A DNA stretch of 28,700 bases, from NCBI GenBank assembly GCA_964468455.1, contig CAYYKZ010000001.1, positions 1-28,700 of the forward strand. Direction: 5' to 3'. Origin of the DNA: an uncultured Leptospirales bacterium (lineage in GTDB: Bacteria; Spirochaetota; UBA4802; UBA5550). The notes beneath the pieces are model-generated. The model worked only from the letters and a program-made list of their open reading frames with translations, was not told the origin of the DNA and searched no databases. Shown here in pieces: positions 1-9,583 of this stretch. Position 1 is the first letter of the stretch, and the number at the start of each line of letters is the position of its first letter. A program made the translations under genes and the position numbers.

Positions 1-1
1 T

Positions 2-283
2 ACAATAGAATATATCATGAGAAAAGATAATATATCCCCGGAAGATGTGAAAAGATTAAAAAAAATGTTTCGATTTTCCAGAATAAAATTAAACCTGATA
101 CCCCTGAATCCCGGTAATCATAATCTGCCAATTCCTGATGAAAATGACATTAAAAAGTTCACAGATGAACTGCAGATTATGAATATCCCGGTATCTATCA
201 GGAAGAGCATGGGGCAGGATATCTCCGGCGCCTGCGGTCAGTTATCTGGAATGAAATATTCTGATACAGTTTGTTTTCTATGA
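2..283 (+). CDS. rlmN: Dual-specificity RNA methyltransferase RlmN, 3' part (5'-truncated by window edge)
   Basis: Frame is open from base 2 (TIEYIM..., matching the RlmN xIEYxL motif); NLIPLNP and C-terminal IRKSMGQDISGACGQL with the conserved catalytic Cys. Confidence 0.92.
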   Translation, partial: TIEYIMRKDNISPEDVKRLKKMFRFSRIKLNLIPLNPGNHNLPIPDENDIKKFTDELQIMNIPVSIRKSMGQDISGACGQLSGMKYSDTVCFL

Positions 284-298
284 GGTCAATATAAAAGT

Positions 299-2545
299 AT
301 GAAATATTTTAAATGGATTATTGCACGATGGAAGATCTTTTTTGTTTATATACCACTTTGTTTATTTGTGCTGGTTCTTCTTTATTCAGGTTTTATCTAC
401 TTTGAATGGATTTCTGACAAGGAAGCAGCGCTTCAAAGACTTTCAGGATATAAGCTGCTTATAGACAGAACAGAAGAAATCAGAAAAGGTTATCTGTATA
501 CACGCAGCGAAGTTGAAGTCGGAGCAAAGGTTGTTGATATACCGACACGTATTTATGACCGTAACAATGAAATCATAGGTGAATTTTTTGAAGAAAAAAG
601 GGAAATAGTTCCCTTTGACTATATCCCTCAGAGTCTTGTTAATGCAGTTATTGCCAGTGAAGACAGAGATTTTTACAATCATAAAGGTATAAGTTATTCA
701 GGAATTTTCAGGGCATTTATAAAAAATCTTATAAATTTCAGGGTAGTACAGGGCGGAAGTACAATAACACAGCAGCTGGCAAAGGTACTTTTCACTGACA
801 TGGAAAGAAATCTTAAAAGAAAAATTTATGAAGCCTACTGTGCTGTTGAAATTGAAAAACTTTATGATAAACAGGATATTCTTTCCATGTATCTGAATCT
901 CATTTACTTTGGAAACGGATCATATGGAGTAGAATCAACTTCTAAAATGTTTTTTGGAACTTCTGTAAGAGAACTTGATGTAGCTGAATCGGCTATGATT
1001 GTTGCAACTATATCAAATCCTCTTGTTTATTCACCTCTTTCCAATTTACGTAACTCTGTTTATAAAACCAGAAGAATATTGATTTCATTAAGTGAAGCCG
1101 GCTATATAAAGGAAAAGGAAGTTGAACCGATTTTTAAATCTTTTCTGAAGAAGTGGGAAATAAAAGAGAATAGCGAAGACCAGACTGTTTCCTCACGTAT
1201 TGGGAGTTTTTTGTTCAGCACATACAGGATTAACAGGGCCCCGTTTTTCAATGAATTTATACGACGTCTCCTCGTTGATAAGTTTGGAGATGAAGCTGTA
1301 AAAAAAGGGGGGCTTTCAGTTTATACCACCATTGATGCTGCATCTCAGGAGATAGCTTTAAAGAGTTTAAGAAATGGAATTACAGCACAACGTGAATATC
1401 ATATTAATAGGGCCTCTAAAATTAAAAATAAAAGTTCTGCCGCAGCTGAAGAAGCGAAATCAAAGGAAATAGAAGGGGGGCTGATTTCAATAAATCCTCA
1501 CACCGGTGAAATAATTTCCTATGCGGGCGGATATCAGTTTACAACTGCAGCACAGGTTGATAATGTGAGCCAGATAAGGAGGCAGCCGGGTTCATCTATT
1601 AAACCTCTTGTTTACGCTTCTGCCATCGAAACCGGTAAAATAACCCCGTCCACAGTTTTTATTGATAAACCTGTTACATTTGAAAAGGGATATGCCCCTC
1701 TTAATTATGATAAAAAGTTTTATGGAAAAATAATAGCAAGGCAGGCTCTCGTAAAATCTCTTAATACTATAGCAGTCTCTGTTTTGAACCTGACAGGATA
1801 TGATAAAGTTTTCTCATATATGCAAAAGGGTCTTGATTTGAATGACAGCGATTTCAACAAAAGATTTATGAAAACTCTTTCATTTGCATTGGGAGCTTAT
1901 GAATTATCCCCTATTGAAAGCGCCAGACTTCATGCTATGCTGGTTAATGGCGGTATCCCTGTTATTCCCTATGGTATTAAATATATCAGAGATTACAGTG
2001 GAAATACAATATGGGATAATGAAAAAGAAGTACAGGAAAGTATAAATATACTCAGAAAAAAATACAGCAGAATAATTGATCCTGTGGCTGCACGTGTAAC
2101 ATTGTCAATGCTGGAGGGTACCAGGGAGCCGGGTTCTTCAATACACTGGCTTATAAAAAAATACGGGATTCACTTCCCCTGTGCAGGTAAAACCGGTACA
2201 ACCTCTGATTTTAATGACGCCTGGTTTATCGGATATACCGGAGATAATGTAACTGCTATATGGATAGGGAATAGAACAGGCTCAGTCTCTCTGGGGCCTG
2301 GCAGATCTGCCAGCGGAGTTTCTGCTCCTGTATGGGCACAATATATTTCGGGAGTTTATAAAGAAAAAAGCCCCCCTGATTTTAATTCCGATATTGAAGG
2401 TTTAACTTCAGAAACAATATGTATTGAATCCGGTAATGTTGCAGGAAGAAATGGAGAGTGCCCTGTAAGCGTAACCCAGTATTACTACTCAGGGACTGAA
2501 CCTGGTAAATTCTGTGAAATACATGTAACCGGCCCGGAGAATTAA
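299..2545 (+). CDS. Class A penicillin-binding protein (PBP1A family, transglycosylase-transpeptidase)
   Basis: N-terminal TM helix; transglycosylase motifs SEDRDF and QGGSTITQQLAK; transpeptidase motifs RQPGSSIK (SxxK), SLN (SxN) and KTGT. Confidence 0.95.
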   Translation: MKYFKWIIARWKIFFVYIPLCLFVLVLLYSGFIYFEWISDKEAALQRLSGYKLLIDRTEEIRKGYLYTRSEVEVGAKVVDIPTRIYDRNNEIIGEFFEEKREIVPFDYIPQSLVNAVIASEDRDFYNHKGISYSGIFRAFIKNLINFRVVQGGSTITQQLAKVLFTDMERNLKRKIYEAYCAVEIEKLYDKQDILSMYLNLIYFGNGSYGVESTSKMFFGTSVRELDVAESAMIVATISNPLVYSPLSNLRNSVYKTRRILISLSEAGYIKEKEVEPIFKSFLKKWEIKENSEDQTVSSRIGSFLFSTYRINRAPFFNEFIRRLLVDKFGDEAVKKGGLSVYTTIDAASQEIALKSLRNGITAQREYHINRASKIKNKSSAAAEEAKSKEIEGGLISINPHTGEIISYAGGYQFTTAAQVDNVSQIRRQPGSSIKPLVYASAIETGKITPSTVFIDKPVTFEKGYAPLNYDKKFYGKIIARQALVKSLNTIAVSVLNLTGYDKVFSYMQKGLDLNDSDFNKRFMKTLSFALGAYELSPIESARLHAMLVNGGIPVIPYGIKYIRDYSGNTIWDNEKEVQESINILRKKYSRIIDPVAARVTLSMLEGTREPGSSIHWLIKKYGIHFPCAGKTGTTSDFNDAWFIGYTGDNVTAIWIGNRTGSVSLGPGRSASGVSAPVWAQYISGVYKEKSPPDFNSDIEGLTSETICIESGNVAGRNGECPVSVTQYYYSGTEPGKFCEIHVTGPEN

Positions 2546-2547
2546 AT

Positions 2548-3405
2548 ATGGAAAGAATATTTGTATCTATATCAATTATACTATTAGCCTTAAGCAGTGT
2601 ATCTTTCAGGTGGCCCCTTAATAATCCTGTTTTAACATCTACTTTCGGAGAGAGCAGAGCTGATCATTTTCATGATGGCATGGACTTTGTAAGTTCAGAC
2701 AACCGGGTTTTCCCAGTTAAGGAGGGCAAACTTATATATGCATGGAACAGGTCACTTTTTCCTCTGGAAAATTATTGGGGTGGAGGCAATTATAAAATAG
2801 TTAAACATGATAAAGATATTGTTTCTATATATATGCATCTTCAGGATGGTGAGAAACTTGAAAATGAATATACTGAAAATGATGTAATAGGGCATGTCGG
2901 TAATACCGGACGATCCTATGGGAGTCATATTCATTTTACTATATTGAATCCGGCAGATAAAGAATCGGTTAATCCCTTTTCAGTAATGCCTCCATATAAA
3001 GATGATAAAAATCCTGAAGTTAAATTTTTCTATATAAAAATAGCTGACCGGTATGTGCGTATAAATGAAAACTCTGATATTCGTCTCACTCAACACTATC
3101 CGATGCTTGTTGAGATAACTGATTCTGCTTCCGGTAATGAACGCCTTGGAATTAGTAAAATGAAAGTTAATTTTAACGGCAAAGATGTTATGAATGTTCA
3201 ATATGATAAAATTTCATTATCCGGGAAAGAATATAAGGTATCCGGCAGAAGCTTTGAAGATCTATATGATCCTGCAGGATATTATAAAATTTCCGGCATA
3301 CAATATCGGGAAGGAATTAATAGTTTTGTTATAACAGTTTCAGATTATTCCGGTAATGTCTCTGAAAGAAAATTTAATATCAATGTCAATCTTGATATTG
3401 ATTAA
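2548..3405 (+). CDS. M23 family metallopeptidase, secreted
   Basis: Signal-peptide-like N-terminus; HDGMD (HxxxD), YMHL and HIH (HxH) zinc motifs; STFGESR..HF start typical of M23. Confidence 0.88.
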   Translation: MERIFVSISIILLALSSVSFRWPLNNPVLTSTFGESRADHFHDGMDFVSSDNRVFPVKEGKLIYAWNRSLFPLENYWGGGNYKIVKHDKDIVSIYMHLQDGEKLENEYTENDVIGHVGNTGRSYGSHIHFTILNPADKESVNPFSVMPPYKDDKNPEVKFFYIKIADRYVRINENSDIRLTQHYPMLVEITDSASGNERLGISKMKVNFNGKDVMNVQYDKISLSGKEYKVSGRSFEDLYDPAGYYKISGIQYREGINSFVITVSDYSGNVSERKFNINVNLDID

Positions 3406-3442
3406 AAAGGGCAGCAATTTTCAGATTATTGGAGGAATGTTT

Positions 3443-3862
3443 TTGAATAATTTAATCCCTCTTATTAGAAGGAAAATGAAAATTAAGCAGAGAGATCTGG
3501 CAATTGCTCTTAATGTATCTCCTTCTTATCTGTGTAAAGTGGAAAAAGGGCTTGTTAAACCGACAGAGTCTTTTAAAAAAATATGCGCAGATTATTTTAA
3601 TGAAAATGTAGATTCGATTTTTCCCGCTGAGCAGATTAAAAAAAATATTCTTTATTCTGATAGTTCTACTGTGAATAATGTCTGGGCTGCAAGAAAGAAA
3701 AAAAATTTAAAGCAGAATAAACTTGCTGAGCAGCTCGAGTGTTCTCCGTCATATCTTTCCAAGATAGAGAAGGGTAAACAGGTGCCGACCGATAAGTTTA
3801 AAAAAAAATGCGCCAGGATACTGAAAATTAAAGAAGCTGAATTATTTCCCGGGAATCAATAG
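3443..3862 (+). CDS. Transcriptional regulator with two tandem XRE/Cro-C1 HTH domains
   Basis: Two repeats: KQRDLAIALNVSPSYLCKVEKG and KQNKLAEQLECSPSYLSKIEKG. GGAGG at 3431-3435 sits 7 nt before TTG 3443 (ATG 3437 is too close); the track start 3356 overlaps the M23 gene. Confidence 0.88.
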   Translation: MNNLIPLIRRKMKIKQRDLAIALNVSPSYLCKVEKGLVKPTESFKKICADYFNENVDSIFPAEQIKKNILYSDSSTVNNVWAARKKKNLKQNKLAEQLECSPSYLSKIEKGKQVPTDKFKKKCARILKIKEAELFPGNQ

Positions 3863-3869
3863 TAATTTC

Positions 3870-5129
3870 ATGGATTACTTAATATTCCACATTTTTCTGA
3901 TATTACTCCTTATGATTTTTTCAGCATTTTTCTCCGGATCTGAAACTGCTCTTTTTTCGCTGAAAAAAGCGGATCTGCACAGATTTTCAACCTCATCACA
4001 TTATATTGAAAGGGCTATTGCCTCTTCAATGAGTCAGCCGGATAAAATCCTTATCACGATTCTTCTTGGCAATTTATTTGTTAATATTATGCTTTCATCA
4101 TTTACTACTTCCATAATGCTGAAATATTTTCCGGTTTATGGCCATATTGTTTCTATTCTTGTAATAACTCCAATTGTAATTATTTTTTGTGAAATTACAC
4201 CCAAGATTATTGCTATTTATTTTCACAATAAATTCAGTAAAATATCTTTCCCTTTTCTGCAGCTTTTCCATAAAGCTGTTTTCCCATTTCGAAAAATTAT
4301 ACTTATTTTTACAGACCTGATTATTAAAGCATTAAATCTTGAGTTACAGCATAATATTATGACTGAAGATGAACTGGGGCATGTAGTGGAGAAGGGGGAG
4401 GAGCAGGGTATTATTGACAAGAAAGAAGGTGATATTATAAAAAATGTAATGAGATTTTCTAAAAGGGAAGCCTCAAATATAATGTACCCTAGAAACCACG
4501 CAATTTTTATTCCACTGGGATGTACTATTAAAAATGCGATGAAAATAATAAATGAAAATGATATTGTGCGGGTACCTGTATACAGGAAATATCTCGATGA
4601 TATTATTGGAGTAATAGATGCCCGTGATATTATTTCACCATATATGGGACATACTAAAAACAGAACAATTGATAACTATATAAAGTCGGTAGATTACTTC
4701 CCTTTTTCAAAAGATCTGAATGAATTACTTAATGATTTTCTTGAGAAAAAAATTCAGATTGCAGTAATTGTCGATGAATATGGGGGCACCGCAGGTCTTG
4801 TAACTCTTAATTCTATTTTATCTGCAATTCTGGGTAAAGAGTTCGGTAAGTGGGAAACTTATAGAAAAAATGAAGTTAAAACAGTTTCTGAAAATCATTA
4901 CATTATTTACGGTGAAATGCAGCTGGATGAATTTAATTCTTTTTTTGAATCTGATTTTTCAAGTAATAATTCAGATACAATTGGCGGTTATCTTATAGAA
5001 AAATTTGAAAATTTCCCTGAAAAGGGTGATTCCATTAAATTTGATAATCTTGAAATTAAAATTAAAAACATCAAAAAGCGGAAAATAGAACAGGTTGAGA
5101 TTTTTTATGATAAAGGGGTACTGCAGTAA
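3870..5129 (+). CDS. CNNM/CorB-CorC (hemolysin-like) family membrane protein, paralogue 1
   Basis: DUF21 motifs FFSGSETALFSL, LLGNLFVN, FCEITPK; CBS pair with VDEYGGTAGLVT; C-terminal CorC_HlyC domain (DTIGGYL). Confidence 0.92.
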   Translation: MDYLIFHIFLILLLMIFSAFFSGSETALFSLKKADLHRFSTSSHYIERAIASSMSQPDKILITILLGNLFVNIMLSSFTTSIMLKYFPVYGHIVSILVITPIVIIFCEITPKIIAIYFHNKFSKISFPFLQLFHKAVFPFRKIILIFTDLIIKALNLELQHNIMTEDELGHVVEKGEEQGIIDKKEGDIIKNVMRFSKREASNIMYPRNHAIFIPLGCTIKNAMKIINENDIVRVPVYRKYLDDIIGVIDARDIISPYMGHTKNRTIDNYIKSVDYFPFSKDLNELLNDFLEKKIQIAVIVDEYGGTAGLVTLNSILSAILGKEFGKWETYRKNEVKTVSENHYIIYGEMQLDEFNSFFESDFSSNNSDTIGGYLIEKFENFPEKGDSIKFDNLEIKIKNIKKRKIEQVEIFYDKGVLQ

Positions 5130-6403
5130 TGGATACACCTTATATTAGTTATTATCTGTTTATTGCCTTCTTTACGCTATGCTCCGGATTTTTTTCAGGT
5201 GTTGAAACTGCGATTGTTTCATCAAGACGAATAACATTAGAAACTTTATCTCACAAAGGTATAAAGGGTGCAGAGCGGGGACTGCGGATACTTGATGACA
5301 TTGAAAGCAATATCGGGATGGTGCTTATCGGGAATAATGTTGTTAATATAAGCGCCACAGTATTTATTACTTATGTTGCTACTAAAGCATTTCTTTATAA
5401 TGAAACAGAACTTTTTATAGTCACATCTATCCAGACGATTTTTTTTCTGCTTTTCTGTGAAATAATGCCAAAGGTTATAGCTAAAGCAAAGGCGGAAAAT
5501 CTGCTCATGTCTCTTTCACTTCCGATTTTAGTTCTTTTAAAGTTATTCAGGCCAATGATATGGCTGTCTCTGGTATTTAATAAATTTTTAAAGAAACAAT
5601 TCCGTATAAGTGAAAGAAATATCACGCCAGTTAAATCCCGTGATGACATTTCAACTTTTTTTCTAATTGGGAAAAACGAGGGTGTCATAGATGATGATAA
5701 ACATTCATATGTATCAGATATTCTTTCTTTTAAATATATTCAGGCTGAAGAGGTGATGACTCCTCTGGTAGATATAATATCTATTGAAAAAAACAGTACT
5801 ATAAAAGAAATTGTAGGGTTAATTGAAAAAACTAAATTTTCAAGAATCCCTGTTTATGAAAATACCAGAGACAATATTACCGGCTATGTTCACTACAAGG
5901 ATATTATAAAAAACAGAGGAATACAAAGTTTTCACGATATTATTATTCCTCCGGTATTTATTCCATCAACAAAGAATATTTTTGAATTATACCATGAAAT
6001 GCATAAAAACAAAACACCTCTGCTTTTTGTTGCCAATGAATATGGTGATATAATCGGTTTGCTGACCTTTGAAGATATTGCTGAAGAGATAGTTGGTGAG
6101 ATACATACAGATGATCATCCGGATGAACACTTGATTAAACAGGAGACAGACAGAAAATTTCTTGTAAGCGGACGAATTGATATCGAATATTTTCAGGAGT
6201 ATTTTTCACTGGAAATTGAAAAAAGAAACTTTGAAACACTTGCCGGATTCCTGAATTATCTTGCAGGAGAAATTCCAGACCAGGGGGATAAGATAAAATA
6301 CCAGGATATTGAATTTACTGTAGAAGAAACCGGCATCAGAACTGTGGAAAAAGTATATGTGATGCTTCCTCCTAAAAAAAGAAAAAAGAAAATCGAAAGC
6401 TAA
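5129..6403 (+). CDS. CNNM/CorB-CorC (hemolysin-like) family membrane protein, paralogue 2
   Basis: FFSGVETA, LIGNNVVN, FCEIMPK; CBS with FSRIPVY and NEYGDIIGLLTFEDIAEEIVGEI; ETLAGFL; TAATG stop/start overlap with paralogue 1. Confidence 0.92.
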   Translation: MDTPYISYYLFIAFFTLCSGFFSGVETAIVSSRRITLETLSHKGIKGAERGLRILDDIESNIGMVLIGNNVVNISATVFITYVATKAFLYNETELFIVTSIQTIFFLLFCEIMPKVIAKAKAENLLMSLSLPILVLLKLFRPMIWLSLVFNKFLKKQFRISERNITPVKSRDDISTFFLIGKNEGVIDDDKHSYVSDILSFKYIQAEEVMTPLVDIISIEKNSTIKEIVGLIEKTKFSRIPVYENTRDNITGYVHYKDIIKNRGIQSFHDIIIPPVFIPSTKNIFELYHEMHKNKTPLLFVANEYGDIIGLLTFEDIAEEIVGEIHTDDHPDEHLIKQETDRKFLVSGRIDIEYFQEYFSLEIEKRNFETLAGFLNYLAGEIPDQGDKIKYQDIEFTVEETGIRTVEKVYVMLPPKKRKKKIES

Positions 6404-6750
6404 CTTTTTATAATCATAGGCCCCAGGTTGTCCATTCCGCCAAGAACATGAAGGTGCATATGAAAAACCTCCTGCCCGGCTGCTTTGCCATTATTAATTA
6501 TAAGTCTGTATCCTTTTTCATTGAGATTCAGTTTTTTTGCTATATCACGGGCAGCTAAAATCATTTCAGAGGCGTAAAAAGAATCATTATTTTCAAATGT
6601 ATCAATATCAGCAATATGTTTTTTAGGAACAATCAGTATATGCTCATCAGCGGCCGGATTAATATCCTTAAATGCCAGAATATGGTCTGTTTCCATAATC
6701 TTATCACAGGGGATCTGTCCATTAATAATTTTGCAGAATATACAATCCAT
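6400..6750 (-). CDS. hinT: Histidine triad nucleotide-binding protein (HIT, HinT/PKCI-like)
   Basis: DCIFCKII start, AFKDINP, GQEVFHMHLHVLGG histidine triad; AAGGAG RBS. Confidence 0.93.
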   Translation of the reverse strand: MDCIFCKIINGQIPCDKIMETDHILAFKDINPAADEHILIVPKKHIADIDTFENNDSFYASEMILAARDIAKKLNLNEKGYRLIINNGKAAGQEVFHMHLHVLGGMDNLGPMIIKS

Positions 6751-6767
6751 AAATCTCTCCTTTTATA

Positions 6768-7511
6768 TCATTCTGTGATTTTGTATATAAGATCAAGCAT
6801 ATCATGTCTGAATTTTGCTTTCTCTTCCTGATTCAAATCTTTTACATAATTTTTCATGAGATTTTCAATCTCTGATTTTTTATCAGAAACAACCTGAGCA
6901 TCCTCGTCTGATTCTGTATTCTTATCACGTGAATATTCAATTATTCCGGGAACGGGTGAGTTTTTATTATAATCAAGCTGATCATACTCTGCAACACTAT
7001 GTTCTGCAGATTGAAAATATCCGGCCATTCGATTTATTAGATGATCATTATCATGAACTTCTGTATCCATTAAATCATATGTTTTTCCGTTTATAATCAG
7101 AGAAAGTTTAAATTCCGGATCCTTCTGATCAAAATAATCACGTTTGTAATCGATTATAACTTTATTATTTACATTTGAACTGCTGTTCCAGCTGAAGAAT
7201 TCTTTCCGGAAACCCTTTTTAACTTTTATCTCCGATGGTTTGTCATTTATCAGAAATTTCTGAAACTCTGATATATCAATGTTTATATTATGTTCTTTTG
7301 AAATCAGGAACATAACTTTTTTAAGAGGGAATTTCTTCATGAAATTAAAGACTTCCTCTTCTGTAGATCCAAGGTGAGTGTAATAAAAATCAGTAAAATG
7401 ATAATTCTTATCACTGTTTTCAGCAATCTGCTTTTTTACAAGATGAGCACATCCTGCAAATGATGATGCAGTAATGATTGTAAGCAAAATTATAAAATAT
7501 ACTTTTTTCAT
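6768..7511 (-). CDS. Hypothetical lipoprotein
   Basis: MKK plus hydrophobic stretch ending in lipobox FAG-C (Cys21); 247-aa ORF between TraB and HIT in the same orientation; no recognisable domain. Confidence 0.7.
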   Translation of the reverse strand: MKKVYFIILLTIITASSFAGCAHLVKKQIAENSDKNYHFTDFYYTHLGSTEEEVFNFMKKFPLKKVMFLISKEHNINIDISEFQKFLINDKPSEIKVKKGFRKEFFSWNSSSNVNNKVIIDYKRDYFDQKDPEFKLSLIINGKTYDLMDTEVHDNDHLINRMAGYFQSAEHSVAEYDQLDYNKNSPVPGIIEYSRDKNTESDEDAQVVSDKKSEIENLMKNYVKDLNQEEKAKFRHDMLDLIYKITE

Positions 7512-7535
7512 AAGAAACCTTTTTGTATAATTATA

Positions 7536-8729
7536 TTAAAAGAAAAATTTCCGTAGAGCCGGCAACGCAACAAATGTTCCAATAGATGATCCAATTGATG
7601 AAAAAATAAAAACAAGAAAAATCTTGGTTACTCTGTTCTTCCACCACTGTCTGATTTTAAGTGATTTATTATTTATCTGTTCAAAATCCATAACCCTCGG
7701 TTTAACAAGGAAAGACTGAACTATGGCAGTGACAAAACCTGCTCCTATCGTGGGATTTAAACTTGTTATAGGTGCTGCAATAAAACCTGCAACTACAGTT
7801 ACTGGATGAGCAAAGGCAAGTAAGCATCCCAAAGAAGTCAGAAGTCCGTTTGCCAGAATCCAGTAAAGGGCTACCTCTCCTGCAATATCTTTTCTACCGG
7901 AAGTGAACCCCCATATAAAACCTGCAGCAACAAGAGCAGGGATAAGCCAGGGAATAATTTTAGAGAATAAAGATCTGGGAGGAATAAAATCAAGTTCATT
8001 TTTAACCGTTTCCTCAACAGGTTCGTTTATTCTGGCCAGTATCCCCGGAACATGGCCTGCACCGACAACAGCTATTGTTGTATTGCCTGAATTTTTCTGT
8101 ATTCCGTAAGTTAAATAAATGTCTCTTTCATCAATCAGTATTCTTTTTGTTACCGGCAGATCATCAGAAAAAGCTTTGACCATATCATCAATTGCATCTC
8201 TGTTTTTCATTTCTTCAATATTGAGATTATCAAGTTCATCGCTGTTTTCTGTGAGTAAAGCTCCAAGAAATTTCATTTTGTGTCTGAATGGGGTCAGCCT
8301 CCAGGCCCTTTTAAGGGTAGTTCCAATATTTCTATCAATGAGATTAATCTTAATTTCATTCTCTTCACAGGCGTTGATTGCTCTTATAAATTCTTCTCCA
8401 GGTTTACTCCCTGTTTTTTCAGATATTTTCTTTTGAAAAGCAGCCATTATAAACTGGCCAATGAAAAAAAAGAGCTGCTTTTTTTTAATTATCTGGAAAA
8501 TATCTATATCTTCATATCTGTTTTTTTTGGTAATTGCCTCAAATCTCTGCTGGTCCAGTTCAATGCATACACTGTCCGGATTGATCTCCCTGATTGAATT
8601 TTCAACCAGCTCGGCTGAGTTTTTTGACACATGAGCAGTACCAATGAGATATAGCTTCCTTCCGTCATCATAATCTATTATGGTAATATCATCTGAAACA
8701 GAAATGGAATTTTGTATATTATTATTCAT
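7536..8729 (-). CDS. TraB/PrgY (TraB/GumN, pheromone-shutdown-like) family protein
   Basis: LIGTAHVS, VCIELD..R, LIDERD.Y, VVGAGH motifs followed by C-terminal TM helices (APITSLNPTIGAG). Confidence 0.9.
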   Translation of the reverse strand: MNNNIQNSISVSDDITIIDYDDGRKLYLIGTAHVSKNSAELVENSIREINPDSVCIELDQQRFEAITKKNRYEDIDIFQIIKKKQLFFFIGQFIMAAFQKKISEKTGSKPGEEFIRAINACEENEIKINLIDRNIGTTLKRAWRLTPFRHKMKFLGALLTENSDELDNLNIEEMKNRDAIDDMVKAFSDDLPVTKRILIDERDIYLTYGIQKNSGNTTIAVVGAGHVPGILARINEPVEETVKNELDFIPPRSLFSKIIPWLIPALVAAGFIWGFTSGRKDIAGEVALYWILANGLLTSLGCLLAFAHPVTVVAGFIAAPITSLNPTIGAGFVTAIVQSFLVKPRVMDFEQINNKSLKIRQWWKNRVTKIFLVFIFSSIGSSIGTFVALPALRKFFF

Positions 8730-9154
8730 TTTTAACCTTACTTTAAAAAATTAGTAGTGATTCATCATCATTAGCTTTTAAAAAATCCTTTTAGTGTAAT
8801 AATGAGTAATGATTATTTATACATCCGCTGTGTAAATTGATGGATGTTTAATTAATAGTATTGGTTGAATTATCAATTAACCCTGAATATTCATGTTAAT
8901 AATTTTTAAATTCATTGAAAAAAAAGGTTTATTTTTTAGTAAGTTGTGATTTATTACTCAAATTGGCAATTAAAAAAAATCAAATGCTATTATTTATTCT
9001 TTATTGTCAGGCTGATTTATTTAAAGTTCCTGATAATAAAATCCGGTTTACAATATAATTTTTTTTGAACTTAATATTTAGAACGGAATATTATTTTTAT
9101 AAAATACATGGTACTTCCTCATTTTCAGAATATCAGGAATCCGGTGTTATTTTA

Positions 9155-9182
9155 TTTCCAGACTCAAGGTTGTTAATATAAT
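9155..9182 (+). promoter_or_regulatory. Possible sigma70-type promoter for the STAS operon
   Basis: TTTCCA-N16-TATAAT, followed by GGGGGT RBS and ATG 9202; weak evidence in an AT-rich context. Confidence 0.35.
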
Positions 9183-9201
9183 AAAAAAAGCGGGGGTTAT
9201 T

Positions 9202-9576
9202 ATGTCTTCATCCGATATTTTTAAATCTGAATATTTAGCTGATAAACAAATTCTTATTGCATCAATTCTTCAGTCAAAAATGGAGAAAGACCAGGCTAAA
9301 CTTATTTATAATGGAGTTGAGAATGCTATAAAAGAGTATAGCGGTTACAGGGATTTTATACTTGATACAAGCAGAGTGAGTGACGTAACAATTGCTTCAT
9401 TCGGATATTTAATGAAGGCTTTTACACTTGTAAGTAAAACTGCGGGATACATGGTTATCGTAATGCGTGAAGAAGTTCTTCAGAATTTTATGCTGTCAAA
9501 TCCGGAAATGTTTGATTTTCTGGCTGTATTTTTTAATGTTGACGAGGCTGTGAAGTTTATCGAATCAAAGAGATAG
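9202..9576 (+). CDS. STAS-like (anti-sigma-factor antagonist-type) domain protein
   Basis: 124 aa; FILDTSRVSDVTIASFGYLM resembles STAS LDxSxVxxIDSSGLGxL; ends with F.NVDEAVK as in SpoIIAA-like proteins. Confidence 0.65.
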   Translation: MSSSDIFKSEYLADKQILIASILQSKMEKDQAKLIYNGVENAIKEYSGYRDFILDTSRVSDVTIASFGYLMKAFTLVSKTAGYMVIVMREEVLQNFMLSNPEMFDFLAVFFNVDEAVKFIESKR

Positions 9577-9583
9577 GTTGTTA

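Noticed and set aside
3356-3442. Longer N-terminus of the XRE gene; likewise 26322-26360 for the MBL hydrolase
   Set aside because: The XRE extension overlaps the M23 gene, both extensions lack an RBS, and downstream starts have well-spaced RBSs.
9027-9139. Long-range inverted repeat TTCCTGATA / TATCAGGAA in the 472-nt TraB-STAS intergenic region
   Set aside because: Only 9 bp, 95 nt apart, in very AT-rich DNA with no supporting inner helices; compatible with chance.
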